64,000 bases of DNA, from NCBI GenBank assembly GCA_040954595.2, contig CM082579.2, forward strand, positions 12,463,834 through 12,527,833. The letters are read 5' to 3'. Position numbers and translations under genes: made by a program. The notes beneath the pieces are model-generated. The model was not told the DNA's origin, ran no database searches, and saw only the letters and a list, made by a program, of their open reading frames with translations. Shown here one piece after another: positions 62,778 to 64,000 of this stretch. The first letter of the stretch is position 1, and the number at the start of each line of letters is the position of its first letter. Origin of the DNA: Balanoglossus misakiensis (Eukaryota > Animalia > Hemichordata).

Positions 62778-63640
62778 TTATCATGTTTATTCGTCAGACA
62801 GTCATTAGTAATGAACTCTACATTTGCATGATGATTGTCACAAGCAGTGGTATTTTGGTATCGTGTCCCCGCGGGCGTCACCGAATATCAACTTGTAAAC
62901 TCACACACAAGGTGCGTGTGAGCCTATCTAAAACACACACCTTGTGCATGAGTCTATCTAAAACACACTGGGTATGGAGACCAGGCTACAGATCAGTACA
63001 CGTCCTTTAGTGTTAATGCCGCATTTATTTAGTGCATCAGAGCCAGCGGTGAATTTGACATTTTATTAACAGTCACAGGGATCGGGTGACATTTTATTAG
63101 TATTCACTATATGAGGAGCTCAGCTGGCGTATTTTTATTTTATTTTTCACCGTATCGCGGGATATAAGTAGACTTTTCGAAAATGCCAAGTGTAACTTCG
63201 AAACCACTTCCCTTTATTCGCTGATGATATATGCAATAAATACAACATTTGTGTCTGAAGCCGAGCGATTTGTCATCATTGCATTTGGTCGATAAATAAT
63301 AATAATAGTAATTTATTTATTAATCAGTGTTCAAAATACTACTACAAAATACAGAATAAAGAGTTAAAAATACAACAAAATACAGAATAAATTGTCAAGT
63401 CAGACAGCTAAAATAAAACAGTCAACTGCAACACCACCACCACAAAAATCAGTCTTCATCAATCGGAAAGAACAATAAATAAAAAAAGTGAATTTCATTG
63501 ACGGGCAAACTTTCACAAAATAATTGTTTGGGTTTAGTAAAACTCGGGAGTACATATCAGCAATCAAAATTTCTTCGCACGAGAGAGGAAGTAAAACTAC
63601 GCAGCCGGTTCAATCCCATGATCAAGCCTGCGCTGTATCA

Positions 63641-64000
63641 CCCCAATATGTAATAATTAACCCAATATGTAATACTAACCCAATATGTAATAACACCTTA
63701 ACCAAATATGTAATACTAACCCAATATGTAATATCACTTAACCCAATATGTAATACTAACCCAATATGTAATAACACCTTAACCCAATATGTAATACTAA
63801 CCCAATATGTAATAACACTTAACCCAATATGTAATAAAGTTGAATTCTACATGAAATAACGTTAATTCTACATAAAAAAATACGTTATTAGTTAACCCTA
63901 TATGTAATAAACGTTAATTCTACATGAAATAACGTTAATACTACATGAAAAAATACGTTTTTAGTTAACCCAATATGTAATAAACTTGAATTCCACATGG
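63641..64000 (+). repeat. Minisatellite (AACCCAATATGTAATA core, ~18/22-bp units) grading into a longer-unit repeat
   Basis: About ten tandem copies over 63641-63836, then variants with GTTAATTCTACATGAAA up to the window end. Confidence 0.9.

Noticed and set aside
63524-63859. 111-aa repetitive ORF
   Set aside because: It is a translation of the minisatellite

Overview
This is AT-rich, intron-containing animal DNA, most consistent with a marine invertebrate; the species cannot be identified from the sequence. No intact host gene is recognisable, and the window is a dense, nested transposon cluster. It holds three distinct ISL2EU-type (PIF/Harbinger-ISL2EU group) DNA transposons in the same orientation. 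Each pairs a spliced SWIM+YqaJ exonuclease gene (+) with a convergent THAP-HTH-DDE_Tnp_4 transposase gene (-). The outermost one (18716-47083, ~50-bp TIRs, AT TSD) has swollen from roughly 4.6 kb to 28.4 kb by hosting a second ISL2EU (18981-25730), an IS3EU-like non-autonomous element (26062-35983), an LTR-like repeat and a 5'-deleted Gypsy element. The IS3EU-like element contains a very young, intact BEL/Pao retrotransposon (27546-35326, 2102-aa ORF), and the Gypsy remnant contains a truncated L1. Two things stand out. (i) The Gypsy element carries a PHD finger after the integrase and an extra env-position ORF, preceded by a consensus splice acceptor, that encodes a C2H2-like finger plus a TatD-fold nuclease domain. 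(ii) A spliced pseudogene at 13.9-15.4 kb shows the motifs of a bacterial-type N6-adenine/N4-cytosine DNA methyltransferase. The remainder is Helitron, hAT, Kolobok and LINE remnants, MITEs and a terminal minisatellite. All calls come from reading the sequence by eye; no database searches were run.
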